Of a DNA stretch of 64,000 bases, positions 20,833-31,170 are shown in pieces. Numbering within the stretch: position 1 is the first letter of the stretch; each line of letters starts with the position of its first letter. The position numbers were made by a program, and so were the translations under genes. This stretch comes from Candidatus Fervidifonticultor secundus. Lineage in GTDB: Bacteria > Sysuimicrobiota > Sysuimicrobiia > Sysuimicrobiales > Humicultoraceae. A model generated the notes under the pieces. It saw only the letters and a list, made by a program, of their open reading frames with translations. It did not search any database and had not been told where the DNA came from. The stretch covers positions 224,001 to 288,000 of the forward strand of contig JAVKIP010000001.1 of NCBI GenBank assembly GCA_031459385.1. The letters run 5' to 3'.

Positions 20833-22323
20833 ATGGCACGCTGGGATCTTGCGGTGGTGAACGGTACGGTCGTAATCCCCTACACCGGCGCGGTCCGGGC
20901 TGACGTGGGCGTCCGCCACGGGCAAATCGCCGCGCTCGCCGACGCCATCGACCCCGCTTCGGCGGACGAGGTCATCGACGCAGCGGGGCGCCTGGTCCTG
21001 CCCGGGGCGATCGACTCTCACTTCCACCTGGGGATCTACCGCTCGATGGCAGAAGACACCGGGTCCGAGACCCGGTCGGCGCTGGCCGGTGGCGTGACCT
21101 CGGTCATCAGTTACTTCCGCACCGGCCAGCACTACCTCAACAGGACCGGCCCCTACCGCGACATCTTCCCCGAGGTGCTGGGTCTCGTCGGGGGCCGCGC
21201 CTACACCGACTACGGCTTCCACATCGCCATCATGACCGCCGACCAGCTCGAGGAGGTGGACTGGCTGGTCGGCTCCCAGGGCGTGGCCTCGTTCAAGTAC
21301 TACATGTTCTACAAAGGGTTGAATCTCACGGCCGACTCCACCCGCGGCAGCGACTACACCATGTCCGAGTCCTACGACCTGGGGCACCTCTACCTCCTCA
21401 TGCGGCAGGTGGCCGCGGCGGCCCGGCGGGTCGGATCGGCGGGACGGATTTCCCTCAGCCTGCACTGCGAGCACGCCGAGTTGATCCGGGTGTTCATCGA
21501 CGAGGTGAAGCGGGCCGGGCTCGCCGGCCTGGAAGCCTACCACCGGGCCCGCCCGCCGCTGACCGAACGGCTCTCGATGGCCGAGGCGGTCATCCTGGCC
21601 GACGCGGTGCGCTGTCCGATCAACCTGCTGCACCTGAGCAGCCGGGAGGCGATCAGTGCGGCGTCGGAGGCCAAGCGGGACCACCCCCACCTGGACGTCC
21701 GGCTGGAGACCACCCTGCACCATCTGGCGCTCACGTACGCCACGGCCGGCGGGCTGTGGGGCAAGGTCAACCCGCCCATCCGCACCGAGGATGACCGCGC
21801 CGCGCTCTGGGAGGCGGTCGCAGATGGCAGAATCGACACCGTTGTCAGCGACCATGCCTGCTGCTTCGAGGAGCAGAAGGGCGAAGACCTCTGGAAGGCG
21901 CTGCCGGGGTTCGGCGGCACTGCGCTGCTCTATCCCTATCTCATCTCAGAGGGCGTTCACCGGCGGGGTCTGCCGCTGGCGCGGATCGCCGAACTGGCCA
22001 GCGCGAACTCCGCCCGGGCCTTCGGCCTCTACCCGCGGAAGGGCACGATCGCGCCGGGCAGCGATGCCGATCTGACCGTCGTCGATCCGGACAGGGAGCA
22101 GGTGGTCTCCCCGGCCCTGCTGCTCTCCGCGCAGGATTTCACGCCGTTTGCCGGCATGCGGGTCCGCGGCTGGCCCACGCATACGGTGCTACGGGGCCGG
22201 CTCGTGTACCGGGACGGCGAGCTGACCGCCCCGCCGACCGGGCGGTATCTGCGCAGACCCGTCGGCCTGCATGAGGTGCCGGCAGAGGTGCCGCCGGCTG
22301 CGGCCAGGGGCGGGCGGATGTGA
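20833..22323 (+). CDS. Cyclic amidohydrolase (dihydropyrimidinase/allantoinase/dihydroorotase family)
   Basis: PGAIDSHFH, SFKYY, LHCE, LHLS, KVNPPIR, SDHA, KGTIAPGSDAD. Confidence 0.92.
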   Translation: MARWDLAVVNGTVVIPYTGAVRADVGVRHGQIAALADAIDPASADEVIDAAGRLVLPGAIDSHFHLGIYRSMAEDTGSETRSALAGGVTSVISYFRTGQHYLNRTGPYRDIFPEVLGLVGGRAYTDYGFHIAIMTADQLEEVDWLVGSQGVASFKYYMFYKGLNLTADSTRGSDYTMSESYDLGHLYLLMRQVAAAARRVGSAGRISLSLHCEHAELIRVFIDEVKRAGLAGLEAYHRARPPLTERLSMAEAVILADAVRCPINLLHLSSREAISAASEAKRDHPHLDVRLETTLHHLALTYATAGGLWGKVNPPIRTEDDRAALWEAVADGRIDTVVSDHACCFEEQKGEDLWKALPGFGGTALLYPYLISEGVHRRGLPLARIAELASANSARAFGLYPRKGTIAPGSDADLTVVDPDREQVVSPALLLSAQDFTPFAGMRVRGWPTHTVLRGRLVYRDGELTAPPTGRYLRRPVGLHEVPAEVPPAAARGGRM

Positions 22324-22458
22324 CGCGGCCGTCCGCAGCGCGGTGTCGGGGCGAGGCGGCCCGAACTCCGTTGCCTAAGGGATCTGCCCCCCGGATCTTC
22401 CCTCCAGTAAAGGCCGTTGTGTGGGCGGCACGCGGCCAGGCCAGTGGTCCCCCTAGGC

Positions 22459-23425
22459 TGTCCTGTTTCGCATTAGTGTTGACAGTAGAGGAGGGCCATG
22501 TGACGAATCCTACCCGCTGGACACCAACCCCGTCCGGGTTGACGGGGAGGACCGCCCATGACCCTCACCGACAGTGTACACGTCTTCCGGCTCCGTGTGA
22601 TCGCCCGGGCCCAGGCCCTGAGGAACGTCAGCCAGGCGTGCCGGGAGTTCGGCATCTCCCGCACGCTGTTCTACCGATGGCGCCGTCGCTACCTGGCCTA
22701 CGGTCCGGATGGTTTGCATCCCCGCCGTCAGGGTCCCGGGCGGGGTCGGCCACCCACCCTGACCGCGCAGGAGGAGCGCGCTATTCTGGCGCTCGCCGTC
22801 GCATGGCCGACATGGGGGCCGGCCCGATTGCCGCCCAGCTGGCGCAGCAGGCCCGGCACATCGAGGCGCGCCGTCCCGGCGAAGTGGTCTGTGTCGATAC
22901 GTTCTACATCGGTAAGCTCAAGGGGGTCGGCAAAGTCTGGCAGTACACCGCCTGCGATGCAGCATGCTCGTATGCCATCGCCGAGGTGTCGACCGAGTTC
23001 TCGGCCCGGGCGGCAGCCCGTTTCCTGACCGGGCGAGTCGGGCCGGCCTATCAGAAGGCGGGCTGGATCATCCAGTGGGTCCTGACCGATCAGGGCAGCG
23101 AGTACCGGGGGGCGTTCGATCAGGCCTGTCGGGCGCTGGGAATCCAGCACACGCGGACCCAACCCCGCCATGCCTGGACCAACGGCTTCGTCGAGCGCCT
23201 GCAAGGCACCATCCTGAGCGAGCTGTGGCGCCTGGAGTTCCGCCGACGCTTCTTCACCCGCGTGGTGACCATGCAGGACGCTCTGGATCGCTACCTGACG
23301 TTCTACAATCACCACCGTCCCCACCTGGGGTATCGGACCCGAGGTCGTACCCCTGGCGAGCTCTTCATGCACCACAAGGAGGTCTCCTCATGAGCAAGGT
23401 GTCAACACCCTTCCGGAACTTGACA
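22459..23425 (+). mobile_element. IS481-family insertion sequence (967 bp, defective)
   Basis: Ends TGT...ACA; 26-bp imperfect IRs (19/26 match) at 22459-22484 and 23400-23425; flanking direct repeat CCCTAGGC at 22451-22458 and 23426-23433. Confidence 0.9.
22558..23393 (+). pseudogene. IS481-family transposase, frameshifted near 22825 and apparently internally deleted
   Basis: HTH part NVSQACREFGISRTLFYRW in one frame; integrase core VDTFYIG...TDQGSEY...TNGFVER...YNHHRPH in another. Confidence 0.88.
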
Positions 23426-23514
23426 CCCTAGGCTAAGGGCGGGTCCTCGACGCCAGGAAGCCGGGGCGCCTGACCACAATCCCCGGCAAAGCCACCGTAT
23501 GCTCCGTCTCTTCC

Positions 23515-23712
23515 ATGCCTATTGCTTCGCTGCCGAATCGGACTTTCGCGCCTGACGCGACGTTCTTGCGTGAAGCGCTTGAAGACCTCGGCCAGCTTCG
23601 CTTCTATGTTGCCGGCCCCCCGGGCATGGTGGACGGGATGGTGCGCGCGCTCGTCGAGGTGGGCGCCGCCGCCGACCGCATCAGAACCGAGCAGTTCTCG
23701 GGATACGAATGA
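23515..23712 (+). pseudogene. C-terminal remnant of an FNR-like NAD(P)-binding oxidoreductase
   Basis: FYVAGPPGMV...RIRTEQFSGY; no FAD-binding N-terminal domain upstream. Confidence 0.7.
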
Positions 23713-23836
23713 GCCCCGTGCAGGTCCTTGGGTGGGCCGGAACAGCCGTCGTGGTCTACCCGTATCTGCCGCAGATCGTCCGCCTTGAGCGAGCGCGTGG
23801 GGTGCCGCGACGGACGGCCGCAGGCTGGTGTGGTCC

Positions 23837-24736
23837 TCATGCCGCGTAGCGCAGCCGCGGGTCGAGGAAGTCGCGCAGCCCGTCGCCCAGCAGGTTCAGC
23901 GCCAGCACCGTCAAGATGATGGCCGCGCCGGGGAAGATGCTGATCCACCAGGCCTGCTGCACGTAGAGCTGCCCGCTGGCGATGAGGCCGCCCCAGGTGG
24001 GGATCTCGGGCGGCACGCCCACGCCCAGGAAGCTCAGGGCCGCCTCGCCCAGCATGGCGTAGGCTGCGATGAAGGTGGCCTGCACGATCACGGGCGAGAC
24101 GCTGTTGGCCAGCACATGACGCACCAGGATGCGGCCGCCCGAGGCGCCGACGGCCCGCGCGGCGTCCACGAACTCCTGGTGGACGATGACCAGCACCGAA
24201 GCCCGCACGACCCGCGCCACCCTGGGCGTGTAGACGAAGCTGAGGGCGATGATGACGTTACGCAGGCTGGGGCCCAGGGCCGCCATGAGGGCGATGGCCA
24301 GCAGGATGTCGGGGAAAGCCATCAAGCCGTCCATCACCCGCATGATGACGCGGTCCAGGCGCGGGCTCGCCCCGGCCACGAGCCCCACGATGACGCCGGC
24401 GCAGATGGCCAGCGCCGTCACCAGCGCGCCCACCAGCAGTGACAGGCGCGCGCCGAACATCACGCGGCTGAGCACGTCGCGGCCGAAGTCGTCGGTGCCG
24501 AACCGGTGCCGGGCGCCGGGTCCCTGCAGCCGCGCCGGCGGATCAAGTTCCAGCGGATCGTAGGGCGCGAGCCACGGGGCCGCCACGGCCACGGCCACCA
24601 TGGCCGCCAGGATGGCCGCGCCCAGGCCGATGACGCGGCGCCGGCGGATCATGCGCGCAACGAGCGCCACCACCCCGGGCCGCCGTCCGTCTGCGGCACC
24701 GGGCCGCGCTGGCCGGGCGAGGGCCGCGCCGCGCAT
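23837..24736 (-). CDS. Peptide/nickel ABC permease (DppC-like)
   Basis: FGTDDFGRD, EFVDAAR, EAALSFLG, LGDGLRD. Confidence 0.93.
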   Translation of the reverse strand: MRGAALARPARPGAADGRRPGVVALVARMIRRRRVIGLGAAILAAMVAVAVAAPWLAPYDPLELDPPARLQGPGARHRFGTDDFGRDVLSRVMFGARLSLLVGALVTALAICAGVIVGLVAGASPRLDRVIMRVMDGLMAFPDILLAIALMAALGPSLRNVIIALSFVYTPRVARVVRASVLVIVHQEFVDAARAVGASGGRILVRHVLANSVSPVIVQATFIAAYAMLGEAALSFLGVGVPPEIPTWGGLIASGQLYVQQAWWISIFPGAAIILTVLALNLLGDGLRDFLDPRLRYAA

Positions 24737-24737
24737 C

Positions 24738-25679
24738 TCAGTACTTCACCCGGGGGTCCACGGCCAGGTAGAGCACATCGACGACCAGGTTGATCAGGAC
24801 GTAGCTGGTGGTGACCACCAGCGTCACGCCCTGTATCACCGGGTAGTCCCTGCGCAGCACCGAGGAGACCACGAGCTGGCCCAGGCCCGGGATCGCGAAG
24901 ACCGTCTCGGTCACCACCGCGCCGCCCATGAGCGCCGCGAACGTCAGCCCTACCACGGTGAGGATCGGCACCAGCGCGTTGCGCAGGGCATGCCGGAAGA
25001 TCACCACCCGCTCCGCCAGGCCCTTGGCCCGCGCCGTGCGCACGTAGTCGGCGCCGATCACGTCCAGCAGGCTGCTGCGCACGAAGCGGATGATGAGCGC
25101 CGAGTTGGGCAGCCCCAGGGCCAGCGCCGGCAGGATCAGATGACGGACGCTGGGCCAGAGCCCCTCGGTGAGCGGTTTGAACCCCGACGAGGGCAACCAG
25201 CCGAATCCCACGGCGAACACTACGATCAGCGACAGTCCCAGCCAGAAACTGGGGACCGCCGCGCCGAGCAGGGCCAGGGCCAGGCTGGCCTGGTCGAGCC
25301 ATGAGTTGCGGAAGACGGCCGAGACGATCCCGACGGGGATGCCGATGCACAGGGCCACGGTGATGGCCACCAGCGAGAGCATCATCGTTGGGCCGATGTG
25401 CTGCGCGATGATCCGACGGACGGGGAGCCGGTTGAAGTAGGAGACGCCCAGGTCGCCGCGGAGGGCCCGCCCTGTCCACAGACCGAACTGGACCACCAGC
25501 GGCCGGTCGAGGCCCAGGTGGCGGCGCAGGGCCTGCACCTGCTCGGGCCGGGCGTCCTCTCCTAGCAGCACGCGCACCGGGTCGCCGGGGGTGAAGCGCG
25601 TGAGGCCGAACACCACCGCGGCGACCACCAGGAGCACCGGCACCAGGGCCAGGACCCGTCCGGCCAGGTACGACGTCAC
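24738..25679 (-). CDS. Peptide/nickel ABC permease (DppB-like)
   Basis: PGDP, LGLDRP, DYVRTARAKG, HALRNA, RDYPVIQ. Confidence 0.94.
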   Translation of the reverse strand: MTSYLAGRVLALVPVLLVVAAVVFGLTRFTPGDPVRVLLGEDARPEQVQALRRHLGLDRPLVVQFGLWTGRALRGDLGVSYFNRLPVRRIIAQHIGPTMMLSLVAITVALCIGIPVGIVSAVFRNSWLDQASLALALLGAAVPSFWLGLSLIVVFAVGFGWLPSSGFKPLTEGLWPSVRHLILPALALGLPNSALIIRFVRSSLLDVIGADYVRTARAKGLAERVVIFRHALRNALVPILTVVGLTFAALMGGAVVTETVFAIPGLGQLVVSSVLRRDYPVIQGVTLVVTTSYVLINLVVDVLYLAVDPRVKY

Positions 25680-25728
25680 GGGGGAGCCTCGGCGGGCGCG
25701 GGCACGGGGGACGCTGACGCACACGCCG

Positions 25729-25760
25729 CGCGGGCCGGCGCCAGAAGGCGCCGGCCCGCG
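25729..25760. terminator. Perfect 14-bp GC hairpin between binding-protein and permease genes (stabiliser or attenuator)
   Basis: CGCGGGCCGGCGCC-AGAA-GGCGCCGGCCCGCG; no clear poly-U tail. Confidence 0.6.
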
Positions 25761-25794
25761 TTGCGGCTAGGTCCGCACAGGGCGCGTCACCCGG

Positions 25795-27351
25795 TCACTT
25801 GATCGCCGGCAGGTTCCAGGTGACGAACCACGGCGCCGGCGTGAAACCCTGCAGCGCCCTGGCCCGCAGGTGCACGAAGAAGAACTCGCCGGCCTTGACC
25901 CAGCTGGCCTCGGTGAAGACCAGCTCGTGCAGCTTGTGCCAGAGGCGCTGGCGTTCCTGCGGGTCGACCGCCCGGTTGAACTGACGGAACAGCTCGGTCT
26001 TGGCCGGCGAATCCCACCAGCCCGGGTAGGCCGGGCTGAAGACGTCGATGAGGGACGGGTCGGGCACGAACCCGTGGCCGGTGGTGAACATCTCCCATTC
26101 CGCGGGCTTGGCGCGCCGCTCGACGACACCGGCCCACTCGTAGACCTGCTGGTCGATGGTGAACCCCGCGCGCCGCAGCTGTGTGACCGCCACGGTGGTG
26201 GACTTGAACATCCAGTCGTACTGGAGCGTGGTCAGCCAGCGGATCGGCTCGCCCTTGTAGCCCGCTTCGGCGGCCAGCCGCTTGGCCCGCTCCACGTCGC
26301 CCACGTTGTACCACTCGGCGCCGGCCTCCGAGTACCAGGGCGTGCCGCGCGGGTAAAGGCTGGGCGACAGCGCGTACAGGTCAGGGTTCCCGATCGTCAC
26401 CTGCAGGATCGGCTGCATGTTGAGGGCCACCAGGATCGCCTGGCGCAGCTTCACGTTGGACGTGAGGGCTGACTTCTTGTTGAAGAAGAAGACCAGCCAG
26501 ATGCCACGGTCGACGATCTCGGGCACGACCCGCGGGTCGGCCTTCAGCTGAGCATAGAGGTCGGTGCTCACGCTGTCGGCCACGTCGAACTCGCCGGTCT
26601 GCACGCCCGCGATGCGCGTGGCCACGTTGCCCACCGGGTAGAAGACCACCTCGTCAGCGAGCGGGTCGCGCCGGCCAGCGTAGAGGCTCGGCGGCTCCGT
26701 CCGCGGAGTGTACTTCGCCCACCGCGCCAGCCGGATGTGCCGGTTGGGCGCCCACTCCACGAAGCGGTAGGGCCCGGTGCCGATGAACTCCTTGACCGGC
26801 CCGACCGGCGTGGCGTCCGCGATCTCCTTGGGCATGATGGCGGCCATGGAGCTGGGCAGCGCCAGAAAGGCCAGCAGGGGCGCGAACGGGTCCTTCATGC
26901 GCATGACCACCGTGTACCGGTCCTGCGCGCTCACCGCCTCCACCGACTGGTAGACGACTGCGCCGCGCGAGCCGACCTTGCCCCAGCGGTTCAGCGACGC
27001 CACCACGTCGTCGGCGGTCATCTCCTTGTCGTTGTGGAAGACGACGTTGCGCCGGAGCCGAAACGTGTACGTGCGGCCGTCGGGGCTGATCGTGTACGAC
27101 TCGACCAGCATCGGCTGCGGGCGCCAGCTGCGGTCGAAGGCGAACAGGCCCTCGAAGATCGAGGCGCCAACGTTGGCCGTGACGCCCACGGTCGTCGCCG
27201 ACGGGTCGAGCGTCGGCGGCTCGCCGATCAGGGCGAAGCGCAGCACCCCGCCCCGCCGTGGTGTGGGGCCGGCCGTCGATGTCGCCGCAGCCGCCAGCAC
27301 GGCGGCGATCACCAGGACACCACAGAGCCGCAATCCTTGCCCACGCCCCAT
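25795..27351 (-). CDS. Peptide/nickel ABC substrate-binding protein (family 5)
   Basis: Signal peptide, RGGVLR, PPTLDP, TADDVVAS, IGTGPY. Confidence 0.94.
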   Translation of the reverse strand: MGRGQGLRLCGVLVIAAVLAAAATSTAGPTPRRGGVLRFALIGEPPTLDPSATTVGVTANVGASIFEGLFAFDRSWRPQPMLVESYTISPDGRTYTFRLRRNVVFHNDKEMTADDVVASLNRWGKVGSRGAVVYQSVEAVSAQDRYTVVMRMKDPFAPLLAFLALPSSMAAIMPKEIADATPVGPVKEFIGTGPYRFVEWAPNRHIRLARWAKYTPRTEPPSLYAGRRDPLADEVVFYPVGNVATRIAGVQTGEFDVADSVSTDLYAQLKADPRVVPEIVDRGIWLVFFFNKKSALTSNVKLRQAILVALNMQPILQVTIGNPDLYALSPSLYPRGTPWYSEAGAEWYNVGDVERAKRLAAEAGYKGEPIRWLTTLQYDWMFKSTTVAVTQLRRAGFTIDQQVYEWAGVVERRAKPAEWEMFTTGHGFVPDPSLIDVFSPAYPGWWDSPAKTELFRQFNRAVDPQERQRLWHKLHELVFTEASWVKAGEFFFVHLRARALQGFTPAPWFVTWNLPAIK

Positions 27352-27453
27352 GCCAATCCCCCCTGGGAACGAGTGACGTGCCCGGTGCGATATCGGGAAC
27401 CCGTCGGCCAGTATTCGAACGCCTCGGGGCCCTCTCCTGCGGCTGCGGTGCCC

Positions 27454-28125
27454 TCAGGGCGGCGTCCTGAGGAGCGTGACCCCGAAGGAGGCAAAGTAGA
27501 GGCTGGTGGCCATGACGAACACGCCGCAGACGGCCAGCGCGGCGCGGTACACCTGCTGGGGAATCCTCCCGCGCCCCGCGCCCACGACCAGCGCCAGCAG
27601 GCTGCACCAGCCCAGGTCCAGCGCCAGGTGGCCGGCCAGGAAGAGCGCCAGGAGCGCGGCGGCGCCGAACCGCGCGAACAGCACGTAGTACGCCGCGCCC
27701 ACCGTCGCCCACCAGAGCAACCAGTACGGGTTGGCGACGGTCGCCAGCAGGCCCGCGCGCACGACCGCCGCCCCGCCGCCCGCGATGCCCGGCCCGGCCG
27801 CGGCTGGCCCGGCCCCCCAATCCATGCTCCGGCGCGCGGTCTGCACGATGCCCCAGCCCATCCACGCCAGCACGATGCCGCCGGCCAGGCCGATCGTCCC
27901 CACGACCGCGGGGTGCTGCAGGATGCGGCTCGTGCCCGCCGCCAGCGCCCCGAACATGGCGGCCTCGGCCAGGGCGTGCCCGAGGGTGACCAGCGGGCCA
28001 GCCACGGCGCCGCGCCGGGCGCCCTCGCTCACGGCCAGCGCGGAGACCGGCCCGGGGGCGAGCACCCCCGACAGGCTGATCGCCCACCAGCTCAGCGAGA
28101 CGAGCAACAGGTCGCGCAGGGCCAC
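27454..28125 (-). CDS. LysE family translocator
   Basis: SGVLAPGP, GHALAE, NPYWLLWWATVG. Confidence 0.88.
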   Translation of the reverse strand: MALRDLLLVSLSWWAISLSGVLAPGPVSALAVSEGARRGAVAGPLVTLGHALAEAAMFGALAAGTSRILQHPAVVGTIGLAGGIVLAWMGWGIVQTARRSMDWGAGPAAAGPGIAGGGAAVVRAGLLATVANPYWLLWWATVGAAYYVLFARFGAAALLALFLAGHLALDLGWCSLLALVVGAGRGRIPQQVYRAALAVCGVFVMATSLYFASFGVTLLRTPP

Positions 28126-28142
28126 GGCGCGCCGCCGGGCGC

Positions 28143-28931
28143 TTACGTCCGCGCCCGGGCCCGGCTCGCCAGCCCCTCGGCGATCCTGGCGTAGAGGGCC
28201 TGGGCCGCGCCGGCGAACAGCCGCGCGTCGCTGGTGGCGCCGACGAACGTGAACCCCTGGTCGATGCGCTCCAGGACTTCCTCGGCACCGCCGCAGAGGT
28301 ATCCTGCAGCCTTCCCGTGGCGCTGCGCGGCCCTGAGGACGCGCGCGCACGCTGCCCGGAATTCGGGATGGTCGAACTGCCGGAACACACCCAGGCTGGT
28401 CGACAGGTCGTTGGGGCCGATGAAGAGGACGTCCACGCCTGGGGTCGCGGCGATCTCGTCCACGGCCTCCAGGGCGCCCGGCGTCTCGATCTGGATGACG
28501 ACCAGGACCTCCTGGTTGAAGGTCCGGTAGTACTCCGCCAGGTCCATGCCGTAGCGCGTGAGCCGGGCGCCGGCGACCCCGCGGATCCCCTCCGGCGGGA
28601 ACTTCGCGGCCGCCACCGCCGCCTGCGCCTCCCGGGCCGAGTTCACCAGGGGCACGACGATCCCGTACCCGCCCCGGTCGAGGGCCTGTTTGATCAGCGG
28701 TACCTCGTTGCCCGCCACGCGCACGATGGGCACCACCGGTGTGCCCTTGATGGCCCGCAGCATGTCCTCCAGCCGGTCCCCGGCGATGGGGGAGTGCTCG
28801 GTGTCGAAGACGAGCCAGTCCATGCCGAACGAGGCCAGCAGCTCCACCAGCGACGGGGACGGCAGGCTGATCCAGTGGCCGATGACGGGTTCGCCGGTCC
28901 GCAGACGCGCCTTCACACGATTGGTGACCAC
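28143..28931 (-). CDS. HpcH/HpaI aldolase family
   Basis: DTEH, KFPPEGIRG, IQIET, FIGPNDL; GGAGG RBS. Confidence 0.92.
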   Translation of the reverse strand: MVTNRVKARLRTGEPVIGHWISLPSPSLVELLASFGMDWLVFDTEHSPIAGDRLEDMLRAIKGTPVVPIVRVAGNEVPLIKQALDRGGYGIVVPLVNSAREAQAAVAAAKFPPEGIRGVAGARLTRYGMDLAEYYRTFNQEVLVVIQIETPGALEAVDEIAATPGVDVLFIGPNDLSTSLGVFRQFDHPEFRAACARVLRAAQRHGKAAGYLCGGAEEVLERIDQGFTFVGATSDARLFAGAAQALYARIAEGLASRARART

Positions 28932-29105
28932 TCGTGTACACCTCCAGGGCTGCGTTATCGTAACGGGTTCACCGCGCGTGCGCTCCAGGCCTGCCGGCGG
29001 TCGCCGCGCGCCGCGTCCGCGCCGGACGGCCACGCGCGTGGAGGAGGGCGCCGCTACGGCCGTGAACATCCTGGCCGGTCCACAGCGATGGGAGGCGATG
29101 CCGGT

Positions 29106-30131
29106 GTGAAGATCGACGTGTTCTGCCACATCTTTCCCGAGCAGTACTACGAGCGCATGGTGGCCCACGCCGCGGCCGGGGGGTACATGCAGAAGCGCGT
29201 ACGCGGGCTCGATACCCTGGTGAACCTCGAGCGCCGCTTCCGGCTCATGGACCAGTATCCGGGCTACGTGCAGGTCCTCTCGCTGGCGTCGCCGCCGCCC
29301 GAGGCCGTGGCCGGACCGCAACACGCGGCGGAGCTGGCCCGGGTGGCCAACGATGGCATGGCCGACCTGGTCGACCGCTACCCTGACCGGTTTCCGGGGT
29401 TCGTGGCCTCGCTCCCCATGCACGAGCCAGATGCGGCGGTGCAGGAAGCGGAGCGTGCGGTCGGCGCGCTCGGCGCCACCGGCGTGCAGATCTACACCAA
29501 CGTCAACGGCCGACCCCTGGACGACCCCGACTACCTGCCGCTGTTCGCCCTCATGGCCCGCCACGACCTGCCGGTCTGGGTACACCCCGCGCGCACCCCC
29601 GAGCACGCCGACTACCCGACGGAGACGCGGTCGAAGTACGACCTGTGGTGGGCGCTGGGCTGGCCGTATGAAACCAGTGTGTTCATGGGCCGCATGGTCT
29701 TCGCGGGCATGTTCGACCGCTTCCCCGGCCTCAAGCTCATTACCCACCACATGGGCGGGATCGTGCCGTATCTGGAGGGCCGCGTCGGGTACGGGCTCGA
29801 TCAGCTCGGGCGGCGCACCGACGACGCGGAGGACCTGCGGGCCCGCCAGGCGCTGCGGCGGCGCCCGCTCGACTACTTCCGCATGTTCTACGCCGACACG
29901 GCCCTCTTCGGCGCGCTGCCCGCGACCGAGTGCGGCCTGGCCTTCTTCGGCGCCGACCGCGTGCTGTTCGCCACCGACTTCCCGTTCGATCCCGAGGGCG
30001 GGGCGCTGTTCCTGCCGCTGACCATCAGGGTGATCGAGGATATCACGGCCTCGCCCGACGACAAGGAGAAGATCTTCGCGGGCAACGCGCGACGCCTGCT
30101 GCGGCTGAAGCCGTCGGCCGGCAGGGACTAA
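29106..30131 (+). CDS. Amidohydrolase_2 family (decarboxylase/hydrolase-like)
   Basis: KIDVFCH, WVHP, WPYETS, THHMGG, FATDFPF. Confidence 0.9.
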   Translation: MKIDVFCHIFPEQYYERMVAHAAAGGYMQKRVRGLDTLVNLERRFRLMDQYPGYVQVLSLASPPPEAVAGPQHAAELARVANDGMADLVDRYPDRFPGFVASLPMHEPDAAVQEAERAVGALGATGVQIYTNVNGRPLDDPDYLPLFALMARHDLPVWVHPARTPEHADYPTETRSKYDLWWALGWPYETSVFMGRMVFAGMFDRFPGLKLITHHMGGIVPYLEGRVGYGLDQLGRRTDDAEDLRARQALRRRPLDYFRMFYADTALFGALPATECGLAFFGADRVLFATDFPFDPEGGALFLPLTIRVIEDITASPDDKEKIFAGNARRLLRLKPSAGRD

Positions 30132-30207
30132 GCCGGGCGGCGGCGTCGCCTCTTGCGCTTGCGCGGTCTTGCGGGTAGCCTGACACAGGCAGGGCAGGGG
30201 AGTCGTC

Positions 30208-30300
30208 ATGGTCCTCACGGTACGTGCGGTCTCCACCCTCGACGCCGGCTCCCGCGTGCACCGCATGCCGAAAGGCCGGATGCTGCGCATCGTGCCCTAG
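30208..30300 (+). CDS. Candidate 30-aa small protein MVLTVRAVSTLDAGSRVHRMPKGRMLRIVP
   Basis: GGGGAG RBS, GC3-biased codons, upstream TTGCGC-N17-TAGCCT promoter-like motif (30153-30181). Confidence 0.45.
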   Translation: MVLTVRAVSTLDAGSRVHRMPKGRMLRIVP

Positions 30301-30315
30301 CCGTCGGGCGCCCCG

Positions 30316-31095
30316 ATGCCGTCCGCCCTCATCGTGCTCGGGTCCAGCGGCGCCGTGGTGGCGGCGCATCGGGACAACACCGCGCTGGCCTGTCGGCTGG
30401 ACGACGCGGTCGTGCTGGTGGACTGCCCGGGCAGCCCGGCCGTGAAGCTGCGCCGGGCGGGGGTCGATCCCCGGCGGGTGGTCGGGGTGGTGATCACGCA
30501 CACACACCCCGACCACGTCTACGGGCTGCCGTCGCTCGTCCACAACCTGAAGCTGCTGGGGCGCACCGCGCCCCTGCCGGTCTTCGCCCTTCCCGAAGAC
30601 GTCGACCGGCTGCACCGGCTGCTGGCCGTGTGGGGGGCGGACACGCACCCGCCGTTTGTGACGCTGCAGGCCATGCCAGCCGACGGTGTGGCGCCGTTCT
30701 GGGAGCACGCCGGGCACCGGTTCTACGCGCGGCCGGCGGACCACAGCGCGCCGGTGTGCGCCGTGCGCTGGGATCTGCGCACCGGGGCCCGGGTGGTCTA
30801 CTCCAGCGACACGCGACCGGTGGCGGCGCTGGCGCAGTTCGGCCGCGATGCCACAATCATGGTGCACGAGGCCACGTACCTGGACGCGGATGCGGCGGAG
30901 GCCCACCGGCTCGGGCACTCGACGGCGGCCGATGCGGGACGCATCGCTGCGCAGGCCGGCGCCGCGCGGCTGCTGCTCGTGCACCTGGTGGCCGAGGCCG
31001 ACCCCGCGCGATGGGTCGCCGAGGCCCAGGCGCTGTTCCCTGGACCCGTGGAGGTGCCCGACGACGGCGCCATCTATCTCCTCGACGGCGCCTGA
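30316..31095 (+). CDS. MBL-fold metallohydrolase, RNase Z/BN-like
   Basis: LGSSG, THTHPDH, DHS, SSDT, HEAT, GHST, VHL. Confidence 0.85.
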   Translation: MPSALIVLGSSGAVVAAHRDNTALACRLDDAVVLVDCPGSPAVKLRRAGVDPRRVVGVVITHTHPDHVYGLPSLVHNLKLLGRTAPLPVFALPEDVDRLHRLLAVWGADTHPPFVTLQAMPADGVAPFWEHAGHRFYARPADHSAPVCAVRWDLRTGARVVYSSDTRPVAALAQFGRDATIMVHEATYLDADAAEAHRLGHSTAADAGRIAAQAGAARLLLVHLVAEADPARWVAEAQALFPGPVEVPDDGAIYLLDGA

Positions 31096-31170
31096 CAGGA
31101 CCGCGGCCGGGCCGTCGCGAACGGCGAGGGGGCGGGCATGGCACGACAGGTTCTGCCCGCGAGGTGTGTC

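Noticed and set aside
23420..23460. Hybrid promoter from the outward-facing TTGACA at the IS right end
   Set aside because: No recognisable -10 element at 16-18 bp spacing
28143..30290. Apparent long N-terminal extensions or fusions (aldolase 715 aa, GATase 860 aa, sulfite oxidase 673 aa, HMT 695 aa)
   Set aside because: The extensions overlap other real genes and each protein has a plausible downstream start at the domain boundary
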